NCBI GenBank assembly: GCA_045658225.1 | Contig: JAZOUO010000068.1 | Location: forward strand, 4,509-68,508 | Direction: 5' to 3' | DNA: 64,000 bases | Source: Eubacteriales bacterium | Lineage (GTDB): Bacteria > Bacillota > Clostridia > Oscillospirales > CAG-272 | Shown: one piece after another, positions 55,911 through 64,000 of the stretch | Position numbering within the stretch: the stretch's first letter is position 1 | Layout of the letters: every line of letters begins with the position of its first letter | Notes under the pieces: generated by a model | Told to the model about the DNA's origin: nothing | Databases searched by the model: none | What the model saw: only the letters and a program-made list of their open reading frames with translations | Translations under genes and position numbers: made by a program

Positions 55911-56630
55911 ATGAGTGTTAGTCCGTTTGGCAAGGATAGACTTGAGGGAACAACAGGACATGATTTTGGAGACAAGATGCTTTTGCAGAAGGCCCTGACT
56001 CATTCCTCATACTCAAACGAGTCCGGCGCTCGCAACCATCATCTGCTCTGTAATGAGAGACTTGAGTTTTTAGGCGACAGCGTGCTGTCGGTAATTACAA
56101 GTAAATATTTGTATGAGACCTTTCCCGATTCTCCCGAGGGTGAGCTTACGAGAATGAGGGCCGAGCTTGTATGCGAGAGGGCGCTTTCGTCCTATGCGCA
56201 GAAAATCCAGCTTGGTCAGTACATATTACTCGGCATCGGCGAAGAAAAGAATAACGGCAGAGAGAGAAAGTCCATTCTCGCGGACGCCTTTGAGGCGCTT
56301 ATCGCGGCGATTTATCTGGATTCGGGCGAGGACGGCTTCGATAACGTAAGAAAGTTCCTTTTGCCCTTTATTCAGGACGAGATAAAGAGTCTCGGCAAGA
56401 CAGGCTTTTCGGCTGATCCCAAAACTGCGCTTCAGCAGTTCGTTCAGCAGGCGGAGGGAGATTTCCTTGAATACGTTATCGTTGCGCAGAGCGGTCCCGA
56501 TCACATGAAGGAATTTTTTGTTGAGGCAAGACTTAATTCTAACGTGATTGGCAGAGGAAAGGGACGCTCCAAGCGAGAGGCGGAGCAAGCCGCCGCGCGT
56601 GAGGCGTTGGCTCTTTTCAACGTAGAATAA
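55911..56630 (+). CDS. rnc: ribonuclease III
   Basis: RNase III signature NERLEFLGDSVL, ADAFEALIAAIYLD and a C-terminal dsRBD (GRGKGRSKREAEQAAAREAL). Confidence 0.95.
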   Translation: MSVSPFGKDRLEGTTGHDFGDKMLLQKALTHSSYSNESGARNHHLLCNERLEFLGDSVLSVITSKYLYETFPDSPEGELTRMRAELVCERALSSYAQKIQLGQYILLGIGEEKNNGRERKSILADAFEALIAAIYLDSGEDGFDNVRKFLLPFIQDEIKSLGKTGFSADPKTALQQFVQQAEGDFLEYVIVAQSGPDHMKEFFVEARLNSNVIGRGKGRSKREAEQAAAREALALFNVE

Positions 56631-56632
56631 TT

Positions 56633-57670
56633 ATGCTGAGCAAAAGAAAAAATCACAGAAATATTCCCATATTCATACCCCACCTTGGATGTCCGAATAT
56701 GTGCGTGTTTTGCAATCAACGCTCAATATCGGGAAAGACCTGTTTTGATCGCGAAAGTGTCAGGCTCGAGATAGAAATCGCCTTGTCCACTATACCGCGC
56801 GACTGCGAGGTAGAGATCGCGTATTTCGGCGGCTCGTTTACGGGAATTGACCGTGAGCTGATGATATATTTACTTGATACAGCGCAATCCTTTGTAAATC
56901 GTGACGATGGCTATGCACGCGTGACAGGCATAAGAATGTCCACCCGCCCCGACTATATAAGTCAGGAGATACTTGATATTCTGTCGCGTTATACGGTGAG
57001 CGCCATAGAGCTTGGGCTTCAGAGTATGGACGACGGTGTGCTTGCTCTCTCGAAAAGAGGGCACAATGCGGCGCAGGCGGAGACTGCGTGCAAAATGATA
57101 GTAGAACGCGGATATCAGCTTGTCGGACAGATGATGATAGGTCTGCCGGGGTCAACACTTGAGAGTGAGATATATACCGCAGAGAAAATATGTTCTCTTG
57201 GAGCTGTGGGCGCGAGAATTTATCCCACGGTGGTGTTTTACGACACCGAGCTTGCGCAGATGGCAGAGCGCGGAGAGTACGGTATGCTTGAGCTTGAGAA
57301 TGCTATATGTCGCTCGGCAAGAGTGCTTGAGATTTTTGAGGAGCACGGAGTGGACTGTATAAGAATAGGTCTTTGCGCGTCGGAAAATCTTTCGAACGAG
57401 TCCTGCGTTATGGGCGGAGCAAATCACCCCGCACTCGGCGAGCTTGTGCTTGGTGAGTATTTACTCTCAAAAATGTGTGGACTTATAGATAGCTTTGGTG
57501 CAGAGACGAGCGGACGTATTGCTCTGTTCTGTGTGCCGCGAGGAAAAGTCTCGGCGTGTATAGGACAAAAGGGCAAAAACAGAGAAAAGCTCAAACAAAT
57601 ATATAAATTTAAGCAGATAATTATAAAAGAGGGCGACGTGGAAACTGTCACTCTCGAAGGTATAGACTAA
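56633..57670 (+). CDS. radical SAM protein (ELP3-like N-domain type), function unknown
   Basis: CxxxCxxC cluster motif HLGCPNMCVFCNQ at the N-terminus and a TIM-like core. The start lies 3 nt after the rnc stop. Confidence 0.75.
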   Translation: MLSKRKNHRNIPIFIPHLGCPNMCVFCNQRSISGKTCFDRESVRLEIEIALSTIPRDCEVEIAYFGGSFTGIDRELMIYLLDTAQSFVNRDDGYARVTGIRMSTRPDYISQEILDILSRYTVSAIELGLQSMDDGVLALSKRGHNAAQAETACKMIVERGYQLVGQMMIGLPGSTLESEIYTAEKICSLGAVGARIYPTVVFYDTELAQMAERGEYGMLELENAICRSARVLEIFEEHGVDCIRIGLCASENLSNESCVMGGANHPALGELVLGEYLLSKMCGLIDSFGAETSGRIALFCVPRGKVSACIGQKGKNREKLKQIYKFKQIIIKEGDVETVTLEGID

Positions 57671-57702
57671 AGACTCGGACATCGAGAAAGGAAGGGCAAT
57701 AG

Positions 57703-60700
57703 ATGTATCTTAAATCAATAGAACTTCAAGGATTTAAGTCGTTTCCCGATAAAACAAAGCTTGTATTTGACTCGCAGGGCGAGGATATGTCCTCGGGCGT
57801 TACGGTCATAGTTGGCCCTAACGGAAGCGGAAAGTCGAATATAGCTGACGCTATGCGTTGGGTTTTGGGTGAAATATCCTCAAAAACTCTGCGTTCAACA
57901 AAAATGGAGGACGTGATTTTCGGCGGTGCGGACAGCCGCAGACCTATGGGCTTTGCCGAGGTCTCTGTCACGTTTGACAACACTGACGAAAACAATAGAC
58001 TTGATTGCCCCTACGACGAGGTGACCGTCACAAGACGTTATTTCCGCGCGGGGGAGAGTGAATATTATATCAACCGCCGTCCTGTAAGACTCCGCGACAT
58101 ATACGAGCTGTTTATGAACACGGGTATTGGCCGTGATGGATATTCCATTATCGGTCAGGGACGAATTGCCGAGATGGTGTCACGTAAGAGCGACGAGCGC
58201 CGCGGAATCTTCGAGGACGCGTCGGGTATTGCAAAGTACAGACACAAGAAAAACGAGGCGGAGAGAAAGCTTGCGCAGACCGAGGACAATATGACGCGTG
58301 TGAATGACGTCTTTGTCGAGGTCGAGTCACAGGTAGGCCCTCTTGAGCGCGAGGCAGGCAAGGCGAAGCGCGCAATAGAGCTTATGGATGCAAAGAAAAA
58401 GGTGGACGTCAGCCTTTGGCTGTTTGATACCGAAAAGCTCCGCACGGACATAAGTGTAGCCGAGGATGCACTTCGTCATTCGTCGTTCGACTTGAAGAAC
58501 GCCGAGGACTCAATGCAGTCTCTTGATGCGCGCTCCGCAAAGCTTTTTGATGCGTCGCAGAGCGGTAAGATCGCATCATCACAGGTTCTCTCCGAAATAC
58601 GCGACGTCACAAACAGAATACACACGCTTGACAGTGAATTCAGAGTCAGCGAGAGCAATATTGCGCACGCGGGCGAGCTTATGCAGAATGCAGAGCAGTC
58701 GCGTGAGTCCTTCAAAAAGACACTTGCCGACGAAAAAGTAAAGGCAGAGGCTCAAAAGGGCAGAATATCCGAGCTTGAGGGCTCACTTGATGACTGGAAT
58801 ACAAAGCTTGAAGCCGCAGATGACAGTATCTTTGAGCAGAAGTGCAAAATTGCCCAGCTTGATAAAGATATAGACACCGCATTCGCGGACAGCAAGGCAG
58901 CAGAGGAGGTTGCAACCGATATCAAGGTCAGAATCTCTGTGCTTGAAAATGCCCGATCCAGCGGAAGCGACAGAAATGCAAGTATTCTAGTAGATATTGA
59001 GGGATACGAGCAGATACACACCCGTCTTGAGAGAGATAGAGGAGCGGCAGAAAAGACTGTTGCGGATTACGATAAGGCAATAGCAGAGACTGACAGTGAG
59101 GTTGCCACAGAAGACCAAAAGCTCACCGCTGCAAATAACACTTATGGCGAGATTTACGAGCAGATAAACGGCAAGAAGCTCAGACGCGACTCCGCGCTCC
59201 AGAGAGTGTCCACCATAAAGGCTATGGAGGAGCAGTTTGAGGGATATGCAAATAGTGTTCGCTACGTAATGAACGGATACTCCGAGGGTAAGATTACCGA
59301 TATGCGCGGAAATATCTGCGGTAAGATTTACGGACCTCTTTCAAAGGTCATTTCGGTAGAGTCCAAGTTTATCACGGCGATTGAGGTTGCACTTGGCGCA
59401 AATCTCCAGAATATCGTGGTTGAGGATGAGGACACCGCAAAGGCGGCTATGTATTACCTCAAGCGCGGTCAGGCGGGACGTGCAACATTCTTCCCCTTGA
59501 CGTCTATGAGAGCATCAAGCGAGACCCCCGAGATGAGAGATGCAAAGGGCTTTATCGGATATATCGACACAGCAGACAATCTTTGCCGTAGGGACGCGAA
59601 ATTTGACAACGTAATATCCTCTCTGCTCGGCAGAACTCTTGTGTTTGACAACATTGATAACGCAACCGCTATGGCGAAGGCTCTGCGATACAAGGTCAGA
59701 GTTGTCACACTTGACGGTCAGCAGATAAACGCGGGCGGCTCGTTCACGGGCGGCTCGGTAAAGCAGGGAAGCGGGGCGCTTTCCCGCGCGGACGAGATGA
59801 AGAATCTTACCGCAGAGGCAGAAAAGCTTGCGGGTGAGATAAAGTCACTTGAGTCAAAGCTCTCCGAGATAAGAAAGAATATTGAGGAATATACCGAGCG
59901 CATTACCGAGCTTCAGGATAAGAAAGAAATCCTCGTTATGCTCAAGAATTCGGAAAACTCAAAGCTTGAGCAGATAAATGCAAAGTTTGACGCAAACAAG
60001 TCCCTCCTCGACAAAATGAGAGAGGACTACAATCAGATAGTCAGAATGAGCGAAAGATACGAGGAGGACATCGCAGCGCTTAAGCAAGAGGAAAAGGCGC
60101 AAAGCGAAAAGGTAGCAGAAATTCTTGCCGCACGAGAAAAGAAGCATCAGGATAAGGTTGATGCCGAGGACGAGGCAGCCGAGCTTGAAAAGGCAAAGAC
60201 TCATATAATCATCAAGATAAGCGAGATACAAAAGGACATAGAGACCGCGCAGGCGCTTCTCTCGGTATCCGAGGAAAGAATCAGAGTGTGTATGGAGGAC
60301 GTAAGCTCTGCTGAGGGCAGAATTGAGGCTTACAAGCTTCAGATAGAAAACACGACAATCGCTCAGGCAGAAAACCGCAAGGATCACGCAGAGTGCGAGA
60401 AGCTTCTTTCCGACCTTAACGAAAGAAAGGCACAGCTTGATGAGGGCAATCTTGAGTTTGAGAAAAAGCTTAACGAGATAAATACTCTTATCCGCGAGAA
60501 GATGTCCGAAAAGGAGCTTATATTCAGAGCTCACACGCAAAATGAATCAAAGCTTTCGTCCCTGCGTGAGAATTACGACAAGCTTGCGGGCAAGCTCTGG
60601 GAGGACTACGAGCTTACGCGTAATGACGCGGTAGCGCTCGGATACCCCGAGGTGACTCCCGAGAACCGCGCCGAGTACGTAAGGACTCAGACCGAGTGCC

Positions 60701-61356
60701 GCAACAAGCTCCGTGCGATAGGACACGTTGACCTTGACGCTGTGAATAAGTACAAGGAAGTCAAGGAAAGATACGACTATATGTCCGCGCAGATAAAGGA
60801 TCTTGAAAAGGCGAGAGCCGAGCTCAATGGCATTATCAGTCAGCTCGAGGGTGAGATGAAGGTCGCGTTTACAGAGTCCTTTAATAAGATAAACGAAAAC
60901 TTTGGTCAGACCTTCTCCGAGCTTTTCGGTGGCGGATCGGCAGAGCTTTGCCTTACCGACCCCGAAAACGTGCTTGAATCGGGCATCGAGATAAAGGCGG
61001 CACCTCCCGGCAAGATAATCAAGAATCTTATGCAGCTTTCGGGCGGTGAGCAGGCGTTTATCGGTGTTGCGTTGTTCTTTGCGATACTCAAGGTCAACCC
61101 CACGCCGTTCTGTATTCTTGACGAGATAGAAGCGGCGCTTGACGAGGTAAACGTTGAAAGACTTGCGCAGTACATAAAGAGATATTCCGACGGCACACAG
61201 TTCATAATGATAACCCACAGACGTGGAACTATGGCGGCGGCTACAAGACTTTACGGAGTGACAATGCCCGAGCACGGTATTTCCAAGGTGCTCACGCTTG
61301 ACGTAAAGGATATTGAAAAGAAGAAGGAGAACGAGTGGAATGGCCTTTTTGAATAA
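57703..61356 (+). CDS. smc: chromosome segregation protein SMC
   Basis: Walker A GPNGSGKSNIADA, long coiled coils, a hinge, signature LSGGEQAF and Walker B FCILDEIEAALD. Length is 1217 aa. Confidence 0.97.
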   Translation: MYLKSIELQGFKSFPDKTKLVFDSQGEDMSSGVTVIVGPNGSGKSNIADAMRWVLGEISSKTLRSTKMEDVIFGGADSRRPMGFAEVSVTFDNTDENNRLDCPYDEVTVTRRYFRAGESEYYINRRPVRLRDIYELFMNTGIGRDGYSIIGQGRIAEMVSRKSDERRGIFEDASGIAKYRHKKNEAERKLAQTEDNMTRVNDVFVEVESQVGPLEREAGKAKRAIELMDAKKKVDVSLWLFDTEKLRTDISVAEDALRHSSFDLKNAEDSMQSLDARSAKLFDASQSGKIASSQVLSEIRDVTNRIHTLDSEFRVSESNIAHAGELMQNAEQSRESFKKTLADEKVKAEAQKGRISELEGSLDDWNTKLEAADDSIFEQKCKIAQLDKDIDTAFADSKAAEEVATDIKVRISVLENARSSGSDRNASILVDIEGYEQIHTRLERDRGAAEKTVADYDKAIAETDSEVATEDQKLTAANNTYGEIYEQINGKKLRRDSALQRVSTIKAMEEQFEGYANSVRYVMNGYSEGKITDMRGNICGKIYGPLSKVISVESKFITAIEVALGANLQNIVVEDEDTAKAAMYYLKRGQAGRATFFPLTSMRASSETPEMRDAKGFIGYIDTADNLCRRDAKFDNVISSLLGRTLVFDNIDNATAMAKALRYKVRVVTLDGQQINAGGSFTGGSVKQGSGALSRADEMKNLTAEAEKLAGEIKSLESKLSEIRKNIEEYTERITELQDKKEILVMLKNSENSKLEQINAKFDANKSLLDKMREDYNQIVRMSERYEEDIAALKQEEKAQSEKVAEILAAREKKHQDKVDAEDEAAELEKAKTHIIIKISEIQKDIETAQALLSVSEERIRVCMEDVSSAEGRIEAYKLQIENTTIAQAENRKDHAECEKLLSDLNERKAQLDEGNLEFEKKLNEINTLIREKMSEKELIFRAHTQNESKLSSLRENYDKLAGKLWEDYELTRNDAVALGYPEVTPENRAEYVRTQTECRNKLRAIGHVDLDAVNKYKEVKERYDYMSAQIKDLEKARAELNGIISQLEGEMKVAFTESFNKINENFGQTFSELFGGGSAELCLTDPENVLESGIEIKAAPPGKIIKNLMQLSGGEQAFIGVALFFAILKVNPTPFCILDEIEAALDEVNVERLAQYIKRYSDGTQFIMITHRRGTMAAATRLYGVTMPEHGISKVLTLDVKDIEKKKENEWNGLFE

Positions 61357-62392
61357 GCTTTTTGGCAAAAATAGGGTTGAGGACGAGGGTATAGCATCCG
61401 AGGCAGAGACAGCAAAGTCCGAAGAGATAATTCAAGACGAGAGTGCAGAGGACATTGTAGAGCAGGTAAGCGAAGCCGAGGAGGAGGTATCCTTCTGGAA
61501 AAAGCTCAAAAGCGGACTTTCAAAGACCAAAAACGCGCTTTTCGGACAGATAGACGAGCTTCTCAAAAACTTCGTTCGAGTTGACGAGGACTTGCTTGAG
61601 GAGCTTGAGGAGCTGCTTATTATGGCAGACGTGGGAGTTAATTCCACAGAATATATAATCGACGAGCTTCGTGAGCGCATCAAGGACGGCAGACTAAAGG
61701 AAAAAGAACAGGTAATGTCCTCTATTCAGGAGATTATTGAGGAGATGATAGGCGAGGGTCAGCCACTGAAGCTTGACACCACCCCCTCGGTAATTCTCGT
61801 TATCGGTGTAAACGGAGCGGGAAAGACCACGTCTATCGGAAAAATTTCCAAGAGACTTAAGGCGTCTGGCAAAAAAGTCGTTGTTGCGGCGGCAGACACG
61901 TTCCGTGCGGCGGCTATCGACCAGCTTGCAGTATGGTGTGACCGCGCGGGCGTTGATATGGTAAGACAGAACGAGGGAAGCGACCCCGCGGCAGTGGTTT
62001 TTGACGCAATTAGCTACGCAAAGAAAAAGCAGGCTGACGTTCTTATCGTTGACACTGCTGGCAGACTTCATAACAAGACAAACCTTATGAACGAGCTTGC
62101 AAAAATTAACCGCGTAATTGACCGCGAGCTTCCCGAGGCGAGCAGAGAAAACCTCTTGGTGCTTGACGCGACCACGGGACAGAACGCAATTTTGCAGGCA
62201 AAGGAATTTTCCAAGGCGGCAAATATTACGGGAATTACCCTCAACAAGCTCGACGGCACGGCAAAGGGCGGTATCGTTATTTCCATAAAGCAGGAGCTTG
62301 GCATACCTGTTAAGTTCATAGGCGTCGGCGAGAAGATAGACGATATGAGAGAATTTGACGCTCACGATTTCGTGACGGCGCTATTTGAATGA
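61340..62392 (+). CDS. ftsY: signal recognition particle receptor FtsY
   Basis: Acidic N-region and an NG domain with [21 protein letters not shown] and [10 protein letters not shown]-type [11 protein letters not shown]. The ATG at 61340 follows GAAGGAGAA and overlaps the smc 3' end by 17 nt; the track start at 61313 is a TTG. Confidence 0.93.
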   Translation: MAFLNKLFGKNRVEDEGIASEAETAKSEEIIQDESAEDIVEQVSEAEEEVSFWKKLKSGLSKTKNALFGQIDELLKNFVRVDEDLLEELEELLIMADVGVNSTEYIIDELRERIKDGRLKEKEQVMSSIQEIIEEMIGEGQPLKLDTTPSVILVIGVNGAGKTTSIGKISKRLKASGKKVVVAAADTFRAAAIDQLAVWCDRAGVDMVRQNEGSDPAAVVFDAISYAKKKQADVLIVDTAGRLHNKTNLMNELAKINRVIDRELPEASRENLLVLDATTGQNAILQAKEFSKAANITGITLNKLDGTAKGGIVISIKQELGIPVKFIGVGEKIDDMREFDAHDFVTALFE

Positions 62393-62495
62393 TAGGATGC
62401 GGGGCACTTTTTGGTAAAAAGTTCCCCGCGCCCCTCAAAAACTTCCTTGAAAAATGGCTTGGAGAAGCCATAAAGCTTGTAATTACAGGATAAAA

Positions 62496-63092
62496 ATGAA
62501 AATAGTATTAGCATCAAGAAATAAAAAGAAAAAAGCGGAGCTTCAGGTATTGCTCTCGCAGTATATTGAGGGTATCGAGATACTTTCTCTTGACGACGTA
62601 GGGATATACGGAGAGATAGAAGAGGACGGCGAGACCTTTGTGGAAAATGCGCTTATCAAGGCGCGCGTTGCGGCATCGTCGGGATATATCGGCGTTGGCG
62701 ACGACTCGGGACTTGAGGTTGATGCGCTTGGTGGCGCGCCGGGAGTTTACTCGGCAAGATACGCCGGTGAGCACGGTGACGACGAGGCGAATAATCAGCT
62801 GCTTCTGGAAAATCTCAATGGAGTTGAGGACAAAACTGCACGTTTTGTCTGCACTATCGCGTGTGTTTTCCCTGAGAGCGACGGGCGCGAGGATATAATC
62901 GTGCGCGGCGAGGTTGAGGGTCAGATAATTGACGAGTATCGCGGTGAGGGCGGCTTTGGATATGACCCCATATTCTACTACCCCCCGTTTGATAAGACGC
63001 TCGCCGAAATAACATCAGAGGAGAAAAATCAGATAAGCCACAGAGGCAAGGCTATAAGAGCCTTAGCGGAAAGGCTTGTGAAAAACAATTAA
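62496..63092 (+). CDS. rdgB: RdgB/HAM1 non-canonical purine NTP pyrophosphatase
   Basis: MKIVLASRNKKKKAEL, DDSGLEVDALGGAPGVYSARY, GGFGYDPIF and ISHRGKA motifs. The ATG at 62496 is preferred over the upstream track start. Confidence 0.9.
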   Translation: MKIVLASRNKKKKAELQVLLSQYIEGIEILSLDDVGIYGEIEEDGETFVENALIKARVAASSGYIGVGDDSGLEVDALGGAPGVYSARYAGEHGDDEANNQLLLENLNGVEDKTARFVCTIACVFPESDGREDIIVRGEVEGQIIDEYRGEGGFGYDPIFYYPPFDKTLAEITSEEKNQISHRGKAIRALAERLVKNN

Positions 63093-63104
63093 CGGAGAAA
63101 AAAT

Positions 63105-63401
63105 ATGTTGACATCAAAACAGAGAGCGTATCTCAAGGGTCTTGCATCAAACGAGAGCGCTATAATTCAGGTCGGCAAGGGCGGAATTACGGAGAATCTT
63201 ATAAAGACCGTGTCCGACGCTCTTGAGGCAAGAGAGCTTATAAAAATAACCGTTCTTGAAACGGCAGGAGAAACACCCCGCGACATTCAGAATAAGCTTT
63301 GCGAGGCTACGGGGGCAGACGGCGTGCTCGTTGTGGGCAGAAAGATAGTTATCTACCGCGAGTCGCAGGACAATAAGCAGATAGTATTGCCCAAAAAGTA
63401 A
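63105..63401 (+). CDS. yhbY: YhbY/YqeI-family RNA-binding protein (CRM domain)
   Basis: LTSKQRAYLKGLASNESAIIQVGKGGITENLIKTVSDALEARELIKITVLE parallels B. subtilis YqeI. Confidence 0.9.
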   Translation: MLTSKQRAYLKGLASNESAIIQVGKGGITENLIKTVSDALEARELIKITVLETAGETPRDIQNKLCEATGADGVLVVGRKIVIYRESQDNKQIVLPKK

Positions 63402-63437
63402 TTTTACTGTGAAATTCTTTAAGAAAGCTGGAAGACT

Positions 63438-64000
63438 ATGAGAATAGGAATTTACGGCGGCACGTTCTCGCCCGTACATATAGGGCACGTGCAGGCGGCG
63501 AAAGCCTTTATGGAGCAGATGTGGCTTGACATATTGTTTGTCATTCCTACGGGCGTGACGCCCCACAAGGAAATGAGTGACGGTGCGACAAGTACCGACA
63601 GACTGAATATGTGCAAGCTTGCTTTTGCGGGTATGGACGGCGTTATAGTCAGCGACATTGAGATACTCAGACAGGGAAAGAGCTATACAGTGGATACGCT
63701 GAAAACATTTTCAGTCAATTCCGAGGACAGACTCTTTCTGCTCTGCGGAACGGATATGATGCTTACGCTTGACAAGTGGAAGGATGCTGACGAGATATTC
63801 AGACTTTGCTATCCCGTGTATATACGTCGCGAAAAGGATAGCTCGCTTGACTCAAAAATCATTTCAAAAATAGCAGAATACAAGCAAAAATACGGCAAAA
63901 ACGTGGTCAAGCTCACGGTCGAGCCTATTGAAATTTCCTCAAATCAGATAAGAGATATGATTAAAAACGGAGATGATGCATCGGCATATCTTCCGCGCGG
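63438..64000 (+). CDS. nadD: nicotinate-nucleotide adenylyltransferase; C-terminus cut by the window edge
   Basis: Not in the track because it is edge-truncated. The ATG at 63438 gives MRIGIYGGTFSPVHIGHVQAAKAF..., containing the (H/T)xGH nucleotidyltransferase motif. Confidence 0.88.
   Translation, partial: MRIGIYGGTFSPVHIGHVQAAKAFMEQMWLDILFVIPTGVTPHKEMSDGATSTDRLNMCKLAFAGMDGVIVSDIEILRQGKSYTVDTLKTFSVNSEDRLFLLCGTDMMLTLDKWKDADEIFRLCYPVYIRREKDSSLDSKIISKIAEYKQKYGKNVVKLTVEPIEISSNQIRDMIKNGDDASAYLPR

Noticed and set aside
59959-61368. 193-aa and 273-aa minus-strand ORFs
   Set aside because: They are antisense to smc and ftsY, with Leu/Lys-rich mirror-image composition of the coiled-coil coding sequence.
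1-64000. Scan for CRISPR arrays, IS or transposase ends, integrases, prophage genes, rRNA and tRNA
   Set aside because: I saw no regularly spaced direct repeats, no transposase-, integrase- or phage-like ORFs, and no rRNA or tRNA signatures. The window reads as conserved chromosomal backbone apart from the items listed under findings.

Overview
This 64 kb window is chromosomal sequence from a spore-forming Firmicute, most likely a Clostridia-type organism. The inference rests on spo0A, spoVT, ytfI/ytfJ-like and dacB genes, plus many sigma-A-type TTGACA-17-TATAAT promoters. About 57 protein genes are tightly packed, and nearly all are core housekeeping: gpsA, tmk, trkHA, asnS, recA-recX, asd, scpAB, lysA, engB, lon, infC-rpmI-rplT, dprA, topA, trmFO, rnc, smc, ftsY, rdgB, yhbY and nadD. 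I found no rRNA, tRNA, CRISPR array, transposase or integrase. Four parts are less ordinary. (1) An L-fucose locus holds fucI, a three-gene sugar ABC importer, a divergent AraC regulator and a fucU-ygjV-like pair; a 13-nt motif is shared by its two promoters. (2) An orphan Na+-translocating decarboxylase beta-subunit operon follows a ~190-nt leader whose sequence blocks resemble the yybP-ykoY metal-ion riboswitch and which ends in an intrinsic terminator. (3) A 1396-aa lipoprotein carries seven 41-aa His/Cys3 repeats and internally duplicated modules. (4) A promoter-to-terminator unit of ~117 nt between lon and infC looks like an unannotated small RNA. Many long ORFs in the track lie antisense to well-supported genes and were rejected. 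All family assignments come from motif recognition and remembered homologues; no database search was run.
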